The position numbers were made by a program, and so were the translations under genes. DNA of 64,000 nt, taken from positions 18,600,001 through 18,664,000 of the forward strand of contig CM114271.1 in the NCBI GenBank assembly GCA_050084515.1. The letters are read 5' to 3'. The stretch comes from Blasia pusilla. Taxonomy: Eukaryota. Under the pieces are notes generated by a model that was given only the letters and a program-made list of their open reading frames with translations, did no database searches and had not been told where the DNA came from. The stretch's first letter is position 1; each line of letters starts with the position of its first letter. Of this stretch, positions 1-13,200 are shown in pieces.

Positions 1-1
1 A

Positions 2-1201
2 AGAAGGGATTCTGGTGGGCTATACAATTCCCCTCGGAGGAGCCGAGCCCTGCAGGATGTGGACAAGGGATCTCCACCTAAGTCCATAAGTAGCCCCCCT
101 CATAAATTCAAACGCTTAAAGAAGGATACTGAGCCTGTCTCAGTCTCCTCCGAAAAACAGACTCCTGAGGTCAGATCGCCTAAGAGGCCCAATAAATCTG
201 TTGAAGAAGGCAATGGCTTAGCAGTGACAGAGTCTGCAGGCATCAAATCAAAGGAGAAGTTACATCAATCAATTGAAAAACTTGGAAGACCTGATGGGAA
301 AGAGAAAGTTTTGAACAAGCAGCCTGTCAATGTCTCTGTCGAATCAGTTAAAGATCAAGATTTGTCAACGAAACTGTGGGGGACCGAGAGGTTGGAGAAA
401 CTTTTTGAGAGAAAGGCATCAAAAAATAATGAAAAACCTACAGGTGAAACTTTGCCTCTAACGCAGGCTGTAGGTTGTTATGAAGAGCCAGATGTTGCAG
501 TGGCTAAGGAGCCACAAGGTAAGGAGAAGGTTGAGAGAGTCTTTGAAAGAAGACCTTCAAAGAGTAAAAACATAGCTCACAAAGACAAAGGAGCTCAGCC
601 TCATATTGTTAAAGACAGTCAAGAGTTTCAGAAGTCAGTTGTCAGACAGTCATATGACATGGTGGATGGAGGGAAAGTTTTTAGGCGCAGACGAAACATG
701 AGTCCAGAGAAGGACTCTGCACATCAAGGAGCATGTGGGATATCACTTGAAGGAAAGGTCAAGGGTTATGGAGATAAAGAGGCAAATGCAGAAACCAAGA
801 AGAATGTGGTAAGCGGTGCAGATAACAAGCATGAACTAATTCCTTCAGAACGGGTAGGTCAAATAAAAGAAAAGACAGAAGTTGCTGACTGTGAGAAGTT
901 TCTTAGTCGTAAACTCACAACTGAGGTCAATCTGAATGGTAAGAGAAAGAAAATCCGGAGCCGTACAGAAACTGATAACAATTCACGGACTCTGGAGAGC
1001 ATGGAGACTGGAGCTGAGTTAGATATTGAGGAGGGAGATGAGGAGGAGGAATTGAACAGCGAAGGACAGTTAAAGCAAAAGGCAAGAAAAGTTTCTGCTT
1101 GTACAGGAAATATGGTGCCTAGTCTAGTTGTGAGTAGCATGGAAAGTTCAAGCCCACGATGTGTCAACAGCGTATGGAACCCACAGAGTTCAATTCCCCA
1201 G
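2..1201 (+). CDS. MOM1: MOM1-like exon, charged low-complexity N-terminal region, open from window start
   Basis: Stop-free frame from position 2; donor CAG|GTTTGA at 1202; phase 0 matches acceptor at 1354. Confidence 0.7.
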
Positions 1202-4200
1202 GTTTGAGTCTAGCTCAACCAGACGCATTGTGTTCGGTTTTTCAGATTACTTTTTTGACAAGCATGGTGCAACATTATCTGGTTGTTGGAAATTCCACAG
1301 TTTAGGCTTAGACCACACGCATAGATATTTGTAATTCCTTTGCAAATGTTCAGCTGGCAACTTTGGAGCTGACCGCAAGTACATATCTTGATATGTTGTC
1401 CTTCCAGAGCAAAAGATCAGTCCTCTGTCAAGGGACTAGAGCACACATGATGATTCCTTCTTTCATGGACCCAGCTGAACGTGCAAGAAATGATACTGAT
1501 AGCCACAGAGACTCTGAAGTACTCTGGAGATGTAAGGAAATCCAGAGCTCTTCCGATAAAGAACTGCAGCCTTTGAAGGTTTGGAGCTTGAGATTTTCTT
1601 TGAACTTTGAGATCAAAGGCATGAATTTATCCGAGAGACAAATGACTGTAGGTAGAAGTCATTTTTTTCATATGCCGCAGGAATGGTTATTGGAGGCATC
1701 TTTTATCCTAGAGTTGGGTGTGATCTGCAAATAGCAATTTAGGAGGCTGGAAGTCTTCTTTGTTAGTTTTACCCCAAGTGTAAGTAATTATTCCTTTGTC
1801 CGACAATGAATTGAAATTGTTGTCCTTGACTGTGTCATCATTGAGGGTTGATCCCATGTTAGTGGGTGAATTTGTAGTCTGTCCTAGTTGACTGGATTCT
1901 GTGGAGGACAAAGGTTTCTTACTGACTTCAGCATCTAACATTTGCAAAGGGGATATGGCTATTTCAAACTTAAGTCTCTAGTGTTGTCTGTGCTGATAAA
2001 TGGAACAGGGTGAGAAGAAAGATTAGTACGTGTGGTTTGGATCTAGTTTAGAAAAAGGATTTGAACTTCTGTACTTATAGAGAAGACTGTCATGGGATTT
2101 TTTGTCATGGCAGGTTCTTCAGTCAAGTAAAGACATCCCACCACATCCCCTCCCAGATTCAAGGTATGAATATGTTTCGAAGCTTGGAGTAAGGATGATT
2201 AAGCTTTTTGTTGTGGGATTCAATTTATGTACTGAAAAGCTCTTCACATGTGCGTGTCAAGTCAAGTTGGAATGAAGTGATCAAAAACTTTATCATGTCT
2301 CCCATACAGTTTTGCTATTAATGGAAAGTTAGTTGATAGCTCAAATAAGCACATAATTTTTCTTGCTACAATGGAGGTTTGAATTTATATTAGATTTAGG
2401 GTTGCTGAGTCAAAACTATTGAGACAAACTAATACTCATATTTTTGGACAAATGGGTTTAAGAGTCATTGTAACAATAGGAACTAGTTTGAGTACAATTA
2501 GAATTATTATTTCAGAAACACAGCTTTAGTACAATGGATGTACTCCACAACTTCTTCTGGAAGTGGTGTATGATGAATGCCACATGGATTTAGTTAGTCT
2601 CTCATCATGTGAATTTGCTGGTGATGGTACAGTTTACCTGGTGTACAAGATGGAAACTTGACTTCAGATGGCACTGGGAAGCTTTTGGTGGCTATGGTTG
2701 TCGAAAAGAGCCTGCATGGCAAATCTCGAGTGCAAACAGATGTCAGTGAGCAGGTTTCCTGTGACCTTGGAACTCAGAAGAACTTTGATGAAGGATGTGA
2801 GGACTTGACCTCACAGCAGACCGATGTGTCAAACCAGAAGGAAGTTGTCACCATGCCAGGTTTTTCTCCTTCAGATCCACAAAGTCGAAGGAGTGTTAAA
2901 GCTGGCAGTGAAGGTCCTGGCCCTTTGCCAGTAGATACAAGTAATAAGTGTGATGAGGTGGAAGGGTTTTGTAGGTCTGCAAGAACTATAGAGGCTGCAC
3001 ATGCGATCACTGAACATGTGAAGTCACCCAGCAATTGCAATGATAGGTATAATACGATAAGAAACCTCTGTCAATCCCTTCTCATAAGCACCTTGTGGTT
3101 TTTCCTCTGGCTTTCACAGAAGATTTTTTCCTCTTCCTCCACACTTCAATGTTGTTGAGCCAAAAGCTATGTTCTTGATAGTGTGAGTGCTCAGGCAAAT
3201 GGTCTTATGAGAAGTACGATTATAAGGGCATATTCCTTCCAACTTATTGTGAGTCTCGTAAATATCTTTGCAGAGTCTGACACTTTTTCCATTTGTGAAA
3301 TGGTTACCCTGACAGTGTCAATGCTCAGAAGGAGAATCAAATGAGCAAAACTGATCAAGTTCTCTGTTCAGAAGAAGATGAAACTGTGAAGACTTCGATT
3401 GATATTATATCAATTGATGACAAAAATGCTGGAAAACAAGTTACGAGGCGACCTGCTGTCGAAGAAAAAAGTGACAGTGAAGACGGACCATCTAATGATG
3501 ATCACAATAGCTTTTGCGAGAACTGTAAACTGGGTGGCGAGCTACTGTAAGTCTCTTTCGGTATACATCTAGCTGTTTGTTCCTGTTATCTATTATTTTT
3601 CATTGAGAAATTTGAGAATGCAAACTAGTATATGAATTTCTGTGACATGTTTCACTACTAGAACTTCCTTTTGAAACTTGTAGAGAAAATGAATTATGTC
3701 TTTCCCATGGAGGTATTGCAACATAGGAATGACCTTCATTGTTCAGTTTACTCAATCTGAAGTCAATTCGTATATGGAATATTGATACTCAAAACCTGGG
3801 GTCCTTGAGTTTGCCAGAGATTCTATGTCTTTCATGATAAAGACCAACGTGCTCATCAGTATTAACTGTTTCTTCGGGTCTTTCTGCCAGCTGCTGTGAT
3901 GGAAGTGGCTGTAAGGTCACCTACCACCTAGACTGTCTTGATCCTGTATTGTCAGAAATTCCTTCAGGGAATTGGTACTGCCCTGGATGTGCACAGAAGC
4001 GCCTCTCATATGGAGTCCATGCCGTTTCAAAGGCGGTGGAAACAATCTGGGATGTGCGTGACTGTGGTTTGACTTCACAACGTTCTTATTCTTGTCATAT
4101 CCCACACAAAGATCCCCCCACTGAGCTCAGGGATATTCCTTCCTCCCTTGATGAGCAGAGGACTAGCAATCTGTCCAAAGGATGCCCAGTGGTGGTGCCT

Positions 4201-7200
4201 CAAGTTGAAGAACCGGTGATTATTGAAATAGACGATGAGGATGATGCCCTGGAAGTGGACAAATGTACCCATGGGCAGAGTCCTTCCAGATCTCAAAGAA
4301 GGACTCGAAAAAGACCTGCGGAAACTCAAGAGCAAAATCAAGTTGATAGAAGTAGAAGTGATGGGAGTGGGAACAATAATGTTAGCAAGGGTAAAGAAGG
4401 AAAAGTGGCCTCGGGAAGCTCACTGACTATGGTTGAAACTGTTCCGGTACTGGAGAAGGGGTGCGGGTGGGAATATTTTGTGAAATGGAAGGGTATTAGT
4501 CATATACATAACACATGGATTGCTGAAAGTGAGCTTTTGAAGCTTGCCCCAAAAGGACTTGCAAGGTTCAAACGAAGGTTGGAGTTAGGCCAGGTACATA
4601 CTGCAGCTATGAGTGCATCAAGTCATGAAATCTGTTGTCACATGGTAATTTTTTAGTGGGTTTTGGAGAAGGATTTTCTTTTTGATCTTCATTTTTTGAC
4701 ATATAAGATTAAGAAGGCTGGTTGCACGAATTAGTTACATCTGTCCTTCTAATACGTAGGGCTGTTTCCGCATGTACAGAGACTGGTTTTCCAATAAAAT
4801 ATGCTGTCATCTGGTATTTATCCACACATTTATGCTGTAGAAAATGGATAGTTTAGTCTTCAACACTGAGGTGCATCTATTACCAGAATAGTGCACTTGG
4901 AAAAATTAGAACGTCGTTCTGAATGCTGATTTGATCGTCATAACCTTCTGTTTCAGGTTCCCAAGTGGAATCCAGAATGGGCGGAGCCACAGCGTTTTCT
5001 TAAGAAGAGATTGAATGAACCCTCACGTCGGCTGGGTGGAGGAAGGGGAAGAGGACACTTGGGTATGAATGCAGGACTGGAGTGGTTTGTGAAGTGGAAA
5101 GGCTTGGGTTATGAACATTGCACGTGGGAGCCAGTTCAGACTGGAATCATCGATGGCAACAAAGTGGAAGAGCTGGAACTCACATACGATAAGTGGTGTG
5201 AAGCTGCAAGGCAGCGGACACTTTCAGGTCGAATTGAAGAGGTATCTAATATAAGTTTTCCTTCCTTCAGTTTGTTGGGGGTACTGCAAGTTAAAACAGA
5301 GTACCAATTTGCTTATGGGGGATATATGTATAGTCTGTACGGCTTTGTTGAATAATAAGTCATGGGATTTATGAGTTACGATATTTGGTGGCTTAATACT
5401 GACCAAGGAACTACTGTGTTTTGGTTTGTCGCTGGAAATGAAGCTGGTTGATTGAGCAGGTAGAAATTTTTGCGATGGGATCTCTCATATTGACCTTCTG
5501 GATTACTTGCTTAGTGAGTGTTTGAATTTGCTACTTCCTAGGAAATGAAGTTTTTCCTGGATGGGTCAGTTACCATTATTTAAGCAAAGAATAATGGTGT
5601 AATTTGATTAACAGAACTCCATAGCAGAGGTAAATGTGAATCTCATGGTAATGTAAATCCAAGCCATCTACATGTGAATTTGCAGTCATGTGTTGGTTAA
5701 CTCTGCTGGCATGCAGGTGAAGAGATTGCGAGATGCAAGTTTTGTGAAACTAGATAACCAGCCTGATTGGATTCAAGGAGGGGAGTTACTTCCCAATCAG
5801 CTGTACAAATTGAATCTACTTCGTGAACGGTGGCATCATAACAAGAACACCATTCTGGTGGATGAAGGTGAACAGGTATTTCAAAAGCCTAGGCAATGCC
5901 CACCGAATGCTGATAACCTTGTTCTTCAAGTTCCTATCATTTCTGTGGTCATGTTAGGAGAGTTTCTTTCTGCATTCTCCAAGGGTTTGCTTTTGGACGA
6001 CTTACCGGCAGCTCAAAATTATGTCACAACTTCCGGAATTTACTCTCTTCTGAATGTGGAAATTGACAGAAAATTTGATACAACGATTTGTTTTATCCCA
6101 CCTGAAGTGGTATTTGAAGCCTTCAGATTGACCCTCATGTGGGTTTGGCCAAAGCAGGAAAGGACAACAACGGCAGTCGCTTTTCTGCTTTCTATGATAG
6201 AGGAGTATGGAGCTTTTAGGCCAATCCTTATTTTGGTTCCACCAGTGGGAATTCAAACTTGGGAAGCAGAGTTACTCCGGCATGCTGAACACGTGAATAC
6301 AGTTCTATATTCTGGGGTCAAAGAAGCTAGAGCTGTTGTTCAACGGTATGAATTGAACAAGTCTGATGGCCCCCTCAAAGTGCAGATCGTTCTGACAACC
6401 TTTGAAGTGGCATCTACTGTGAGTTCCCATTTCTTAATTCACTGTCATGGGTGCTAACAATGTTTTCTGGTTATCTTTCTTTACCACATACAGATTTACA
6501 ACATGATGTGCAAGAATTGGATATTATCTTATTCTCATAGGTGCCAAGGAATTTTAGTTTTTGTTCTGAACCACAGATAAGATGTGGGAACCCATTCTTG
6601 CAGATCATTACGATATATGATGTGGAATTGGATAGGATGTCTCTGCTCGAATCATAGACTTATGGTCATTCATTAGGAAGGTAGACACAGTGCCTGTTAT
6701 TTTGAGTGTAGTAGTAGCATTATTTTGTTGACCTAGTTATCCCCTGCAATTTCCTCACTGTGTTTCTTTCTAAATTACAGTTAGAACATATTTTGTCACT
6801 ATTTGTGCTATTAGTTCAGAGTTTTTTTTTCTCTTCACCCTGCTCAGTTATTCTCTTTGCATGGCAACTTTCAGTTTACTTGATTCCCTCATGGTTCTCT
6901 GTTTACTAAGCATAAATATATGGACTTGATGGGAACACAGGGCTGGATGGTCATGAGTGTTGAACATTTAGAGGACTCTAGACCGACCTTTAATTGCAGA
7001 GAAATAGTAAGCAAGGCAATAGAACAGCACGCATCTGTAAAGAATGTGACCTGCAGCAAAGAGCGGATTATAGCTGCTCTTTAAATACACAGGGCCCTCT
7101 ATTGTGCCCCTCCTACGACAGAAAACGTGTCCTAACTAAGGAAAATGTAATTCACGTCCAGGAGTGCTGAGCCACTAACAAGTGACACCTGTTCATTGAC

Positions 7201-10200
7201 ACATTTGAGGTGAGTAACAAGAATGACCTGCCTGTCCTATTATATCTGTGGAGGTGGCTAGGCATGGTGTCAATAGAGGAAGGTCGCTGGTAATCAGCTA
7301 CGTGCTGATATCTAACAATCCCACTCAGTGACTACCTCCATTGGTAGTATCTCTATGAGACATAGGTTTCTCCCTAGTTAGACCTTTTGTGAGAATATCT
7401 GCCACCATGTCATGGGTGTCACAATCTACTACTTGTATCAAACCCTTTTGTACCATCTCCTTAATAAAATGATACTGAATGTCGATGTGTTTTGTCCTCT
7501 CACTAGATCTTGTTCTATCTAACAAAGCAATAGCACTCTGGTTATCACAATATATTACAGTCCTCCCTTGCTGATTCCCTATCTCACTTAGAAAATTTCG
7601 TAACTAAGTTACCTCTGTGAGCGCTCTAGTTATAGCCATGTACTCTGCTTCAGTAGTGGATAGAGCAACAGATTTCTGTGTCTTGCTTCCCCAGCATATA
7701 GCTGTGTGTCCTAACAAGGAACAGAAACCAGAGGTTGATGTTCGATCATCCTGATTACCTCCCCAATCAGCATCAGAGGAACCATACAATGGTTCTGAGC
7801 TCTCTTTTCTACTGTACACAAGTCCTAAGTTTGCTGTCCCTTTTAGATATCTAAAAATCCTTTTCACAGCAACCCAATGGGCTGGACCTCGTTCAGCCAT
7901 ATATCTGGAAATCATACTCACCGCAAAAGAAATGTCAGGCCTGCTACAAACCATTGCCCACATCAGACTACCTGCTGCACTTTTATAAGGTGTCTTTTTC
8001 ATGAAGCTTCTTTCTTCTTTATTCCTCGGGGAATCCTTTGTTGAGAGCTTCTTCCCTGATTCTACTGGTGTATCTACAGGTTTGCAGTCAGAGATTTTTC
8101 ACCTTGCAAGTACACTATTTACATTCCTACTTCGAGATAGTCTAATCCATCCTTCCTTTCTGTTCCTAGTTACTTCCATTTGAAGGAAATGATGGATTTC
8201 TCCCAGATCTGTCATTCTGAACTCCTTTTTCATTGAATCTTTGACAGATATTAGCAGTGGTGTACAATTGCTAATCAGTACAGCATCATCTACGTATATG
8301 GCCAATTGAACAAAATATTCCTGATCATTCAGGATGTAAACATTTGTGTCATTATCACATCTCCGAAATCCTATTTTGATCAGAAAACTATCCATCATTT
8401 GATACCACAGTCTTGATGACTGTTTAAGTCCATAAATGGACTTGTGCAGCCTACAAACTTGCTCTTGGTAAGTAGAATCTGACACCCCCTCAGGCATCTC
8501 CATGTATACTTTCTCCTCAAGTATACCATTCAGAAATGCTGTCTTTACATCCATCTAATGTACTTCAAGATCAAACTGTGCTGCCAGAGCAAGCATAACT
8601 CGGATTGAAGTTGTTTTGACTACAGGTGAGAATGTCTCAGTGTAGTCCACACCATAAACTTGTGAGTAGCCTTTTGCTACCAATCTTGCTTTGTACCTTT
8701 CAATGCTCCCATCTGCCATGTACTTGATTTTGAAAACCTATTTACATCCCACGGCCTTTCTACCTGGTGGGAGTGAAGTGAATGACCAAGTGTTATTCAA
8801 CCTCATGGATTCGAGCTCTTGTTCCATTGCATCCTTCCAGTGAACTGCCTGTTGCCCAGAGAGAGCTTCTTCATAGGTCTCAGGTTCTTCAATATTGATA
8901 TGCTTCTCTTGTTGACTCAATAGCGCCTTAGTCAACTTCTCCTTCTCTGGATTCCTTGCACTTGCCTTGAAACCCTTTCAGATCTTCTTGGTTCAGCACT
9001 CGCTTCTGTTGGAGTTTTTTTGTTGGACTCTATTTGAACAATCTGTGGCTCCTTCTGAACTTGTTCAGGTGCAACATCAAGAAAACGGCTCTCTGTTGGA
9101 ATCTCACTAGCACTCTTACGAGTACTTGGAGTGCCCATACCTGGTGTTAGTACACCTTTTCCTTCAGTGGTAGTCGATGCTGGAGTTGGTAAGGCTCCCA
9201 CTAAACTCGTTCCCCAGGACTCAGGAACTCAAACAAGGAATCTTCATTTTCCTCTTCACGCAAACCAACAAATGCCTCTTGGGATTTTACATCCCTAGAG
9301 GTGAAGATGGGTTTGTCAAATTTCTTTTGCAACCTGTATCCTTTTCTTCGCTCATCGTAACCAAGAAGAATACATTCTTCTTATTTTACATCTAGTTTTC
9401 TCCTCTGAGAAGAAGGAATTAGTGCAAAAGCTGTACACCCAAAAATTCTAATGTGACGAAGATCTGGAGGCTCTCTGTACCAAACCTCATATGGTGTTTT
9501 ATTACCCTCCAGAGCCTTTGTTGGGGATCTGTTCTGCAATTAATTTGCTGTCATTATTGCTTCACCCCAATAAGCCTTTCCGAGACCTGACTGCTCCAGC
9601 ATTGCAAGTACAGCAGATGCAGTTCTATTTTTCCTTTTTGCTACTCCGTTTTGCTGTGGAGTGTGAGGGACAGAAAACTGCCTTCTAATGCCATGCTCTT
9701 GACATTGTAAATTGAAATCAATGGAAGTGTATTCTCCTCCATAGTCACATCTTAACATTCTGTTTTTTCTTCCTGTCTGATTCTCTACCAAGTTTTTGTA
9801 CAGTAAAAACTTCTGATACACTTCTGATTTCTGCTTCAGAAGAAATATCTAGCTCCATCGAATGTACATGTGCTTATTGGTCCACAAACATTAGAATGAA
9901 CTAAGTCAAGAACATCTTCAGCTCTCTTACCGCCATCTGTCGGAAATTTCTCCCTTACTTCCTTGGACTTGATGCATGTGGTACAAAGAGGACAGTTGTC
10001 AAAGTCTACTCCCTTCACCAAATTCTCTTTTTGAAGTGCTATGCGCCTAGCTTGGCTGATGTGGCCAAGCCTCTCATGTCACAAAACAGCATTAGTTGTT
10101 GCAGGGAGAGCAGTGGTCTCCTTGCAGGTGGAATTTCTGGTTGATGCCTTAGATGTTGTGGATTCACCTAGCATATACAACTTGTTCTTCGACCTGGAAT

Positions 10201-13200
10201 TTGGTATTGTTACCCCAGCTTTGTTGTTCAGGGTACAACGACGATTCTTGATTGTCGCCTGTCCTCCTGCTTGATCAAATTGATCCACTGAGAACAGATT
10301 CTTCTTGAGACCAGGGACATACAACACATCTGTGATGACAGTTTGATGCTTACTGACCCTGTTCCTTGAATACGCTGGGTTGTGTCATCTCCCAAATACA
10401 CCACCGATTGCTGATCTGTATGACTAGCTCGAAAAGTGGTAAATGTGCTGAGTGGCTCCTGTATCCACATACCAAGCTGTATCTGGACTACTTGAGGCAG
10501 TCAGGGCTGTTACATAGAGGCTAGACTCAGCATTATTACTCTGATGTAGCTTCTGCAATCTCTTAGGACAATTCTTCAATATGTGTCCTAATTGCTTACA
10601 ATAGAAACAGCGAATTGATGTGATGGAAGCTTCTTCCTGTAGCCCAAGCCACCTACTCTCTCTCTCCATCTGTCTCTCTCTCTCTTAGGGTTCGCTCCGC
10701 AATTTGCGGACCGAGCCGCTCTGTCGTTTTTAAATTTTTTGACTAGTTTCTTCAAATTTCAGACTCCAATTTTTGCACAGGCGGCTTCTACTACCTTGGG
10801 CGACCCTGTCTACCAAAGGAAAAAACAGATTGAACAAGTTTTTGACACGATTTTGTAGTTCGACCTGTTTCCCTGTCTCTCTTCTTCTCAGTTCCGTGAG
10901 ATTTCAGTCGGTAAAATCGCATTTGGGCTCATGGGTCAGGATATTTTTGCACAATCTGTATCTACATCCTTGGACGACCCTGTCTGCCACAAGAAAGAAC
11001 AGACTGACTCAGATTTCAAATCGATTTCCAAGCTCGACTTGTCTCCTTCTCCATAACTTCGAGTTCTCTTAGAGATGGTCCAACTACTCTGTCAAATTCC
11101 AACCCCGTTTTCAGAGTCTCCCTAGTTCATACCCTTCTCTCTACTCAGGGACCAGGAACTCCCAGCAAAATCGGGCTGCACCTCCCTGGACGATCCTGCC
11201 TAACCATGGAACGGGCAAAAGCCAGGGATGTTTTTATACGATTCTCAAGCTCTGACCTCCCTCTGATTCCATAGACGGGACTATGGTTTCTCTGGAGTAA
11301 AGCACACCCTATCCAATTGTTTTCCCCATTCCCACTGCCTGAGCACATAGACCAGTACATCGAGTGAACACTGCACCCATGACTACCACAGAACAACCAG
11401 CGTTAGAAACCTCACCGGAGGAGGTCCAAGACACGACCAGTGTTAAGGATCTTTCCCACAAGCAAATGAAGAGCAGGGACAGTGGACGATCTGTGAGATC
11501 AAATGGCTCACGGAGATTGATCGCACCAAACTCTCGCCACTATGTCAGGAAAAAAATGAGGCAGTGTGACAAGGAACGACTCCATGCAGCTGTCACACAT
11601 TCAACAGAGGTTATACCATATCTGGAAGTGGCATCCATCACCAGACGGTTCTCTGAACTAGAAGGAAAATGAGAAAGCTTTCAGGCCAACTAGATGCTGG
11701 CATGGAATACAATGATGCAGGCAGCAAAAGAAGAGCAGGGCAGATGGATGTCCAACAAGGAATCGAACCTCCTCGAATGGACGGCTCATAAGACAACTCT
11801 GGAATTAGAGCTGGTCGCTTTGAGGGCTGAAAACATGCAATTGAAAAAGGACTTAGCGGCCTGCTTCAAAGAGGATAACACTCAGCTTGGGAAAGCAATG
11901 CAAGAATACCGTGTAACTGGGAACAGCCCTGCAAATCCTGTTAGAACCTGGACTGAAGTAGTGGGCAAGCACACGACCACAACACAAATCACGGAGGTTG
12001 CAACACAGGTAGCCAAAGAGGTAGCAAAAGAGGAAGCAGATAGGGTCCTAGAAATCCAGGATAGGAAAACTAGAGAACTCAATTTAGTTATCATGGGACT
12101 GCACTTTTCCAAGGAAGAAGACTGTAATTCAGTTTTGGAAGAGAAGGTCTTCACAACTCTCGGGGTCACACCAACAGTCACCTCTACAGGGATCAGACTT
12201 GGGAAAGGAACAGGGGACGGACCAGCACCAATGTTGGTACAATTTGATCCTTCACAACGGGGACCAGCGATGGAAACGAGGTTGGCCATCCTCCGCAGTA
12301 AAGGGAGAAGGTTCTGGCTGCCCGCAACAAGGGTCTTTGGAGTGAACTCAGGGAAGGAAAGGCCACGACACCAGTACCTAGGAGAAACAAAAATGCAGCA
12401 CCAACACGACAAACAGGAGGGGCAATGAGCGAAAACTCGGATTCCAACCAGGGAATTAGCAATTCTACAACTCGGAACCAGGACTTGGAGGTGACAAACC
12501 TCCATGACAAGACCTCCCTATAGGGAATGGAGGATGGGAAGGATATTACCAACCCATCCATTCAGGCAGTTTTTCACAATTGTGGAGGACCATTCTGGTC
12601 CAGAGGCAATGGTATTACATATCTGGGCACAAAGCTGGACCTTATCTTTTTTGCTGAAACACATGAACATGATTCCAACCGCATTCCCAACACAGAGGAC
12701 TTCCAGGTTTTTGCTACCCACAACCCACTCACAAACAGCAAAAGCAAAGAACACGGTGGCCTGGCATGCTTGGTAGCACCATGGTTACAACCTTTTGTCT
12801 CCATAGCCGACATTGATGAGGAGAAATACTTCCTCTGGATCAAGGTCAACAAAGAAGTGGGGTTACCGAAAGATCTCCTCATTGCTGTTTGCTGCTTCAG
12901 TCCCACTGTGCTCAAAAGAGAATTCCCGTATGAGGCTCTCTCTACATCTATTGAGCACCACATGCACAGGGGAAATATCTTCCTAGTAGGAGATTTCAAC
13001 GGGAGAACGGTCAACGCTCAAGCTCAAATCTACATGTCAAACAACACCAACATGGAAGGGATTGATACTCAGTCGGCTGATGGGTCTCTCAGAGAAGTAT
13101 TCTTCCCACACATGCAGCGCAACTCAGTGGACAAGGAAAAAACAGCCAATGGAGAGAAACTTCTCCAACTTTGCTCAACACATTGTTTGGTACTCGCAAA

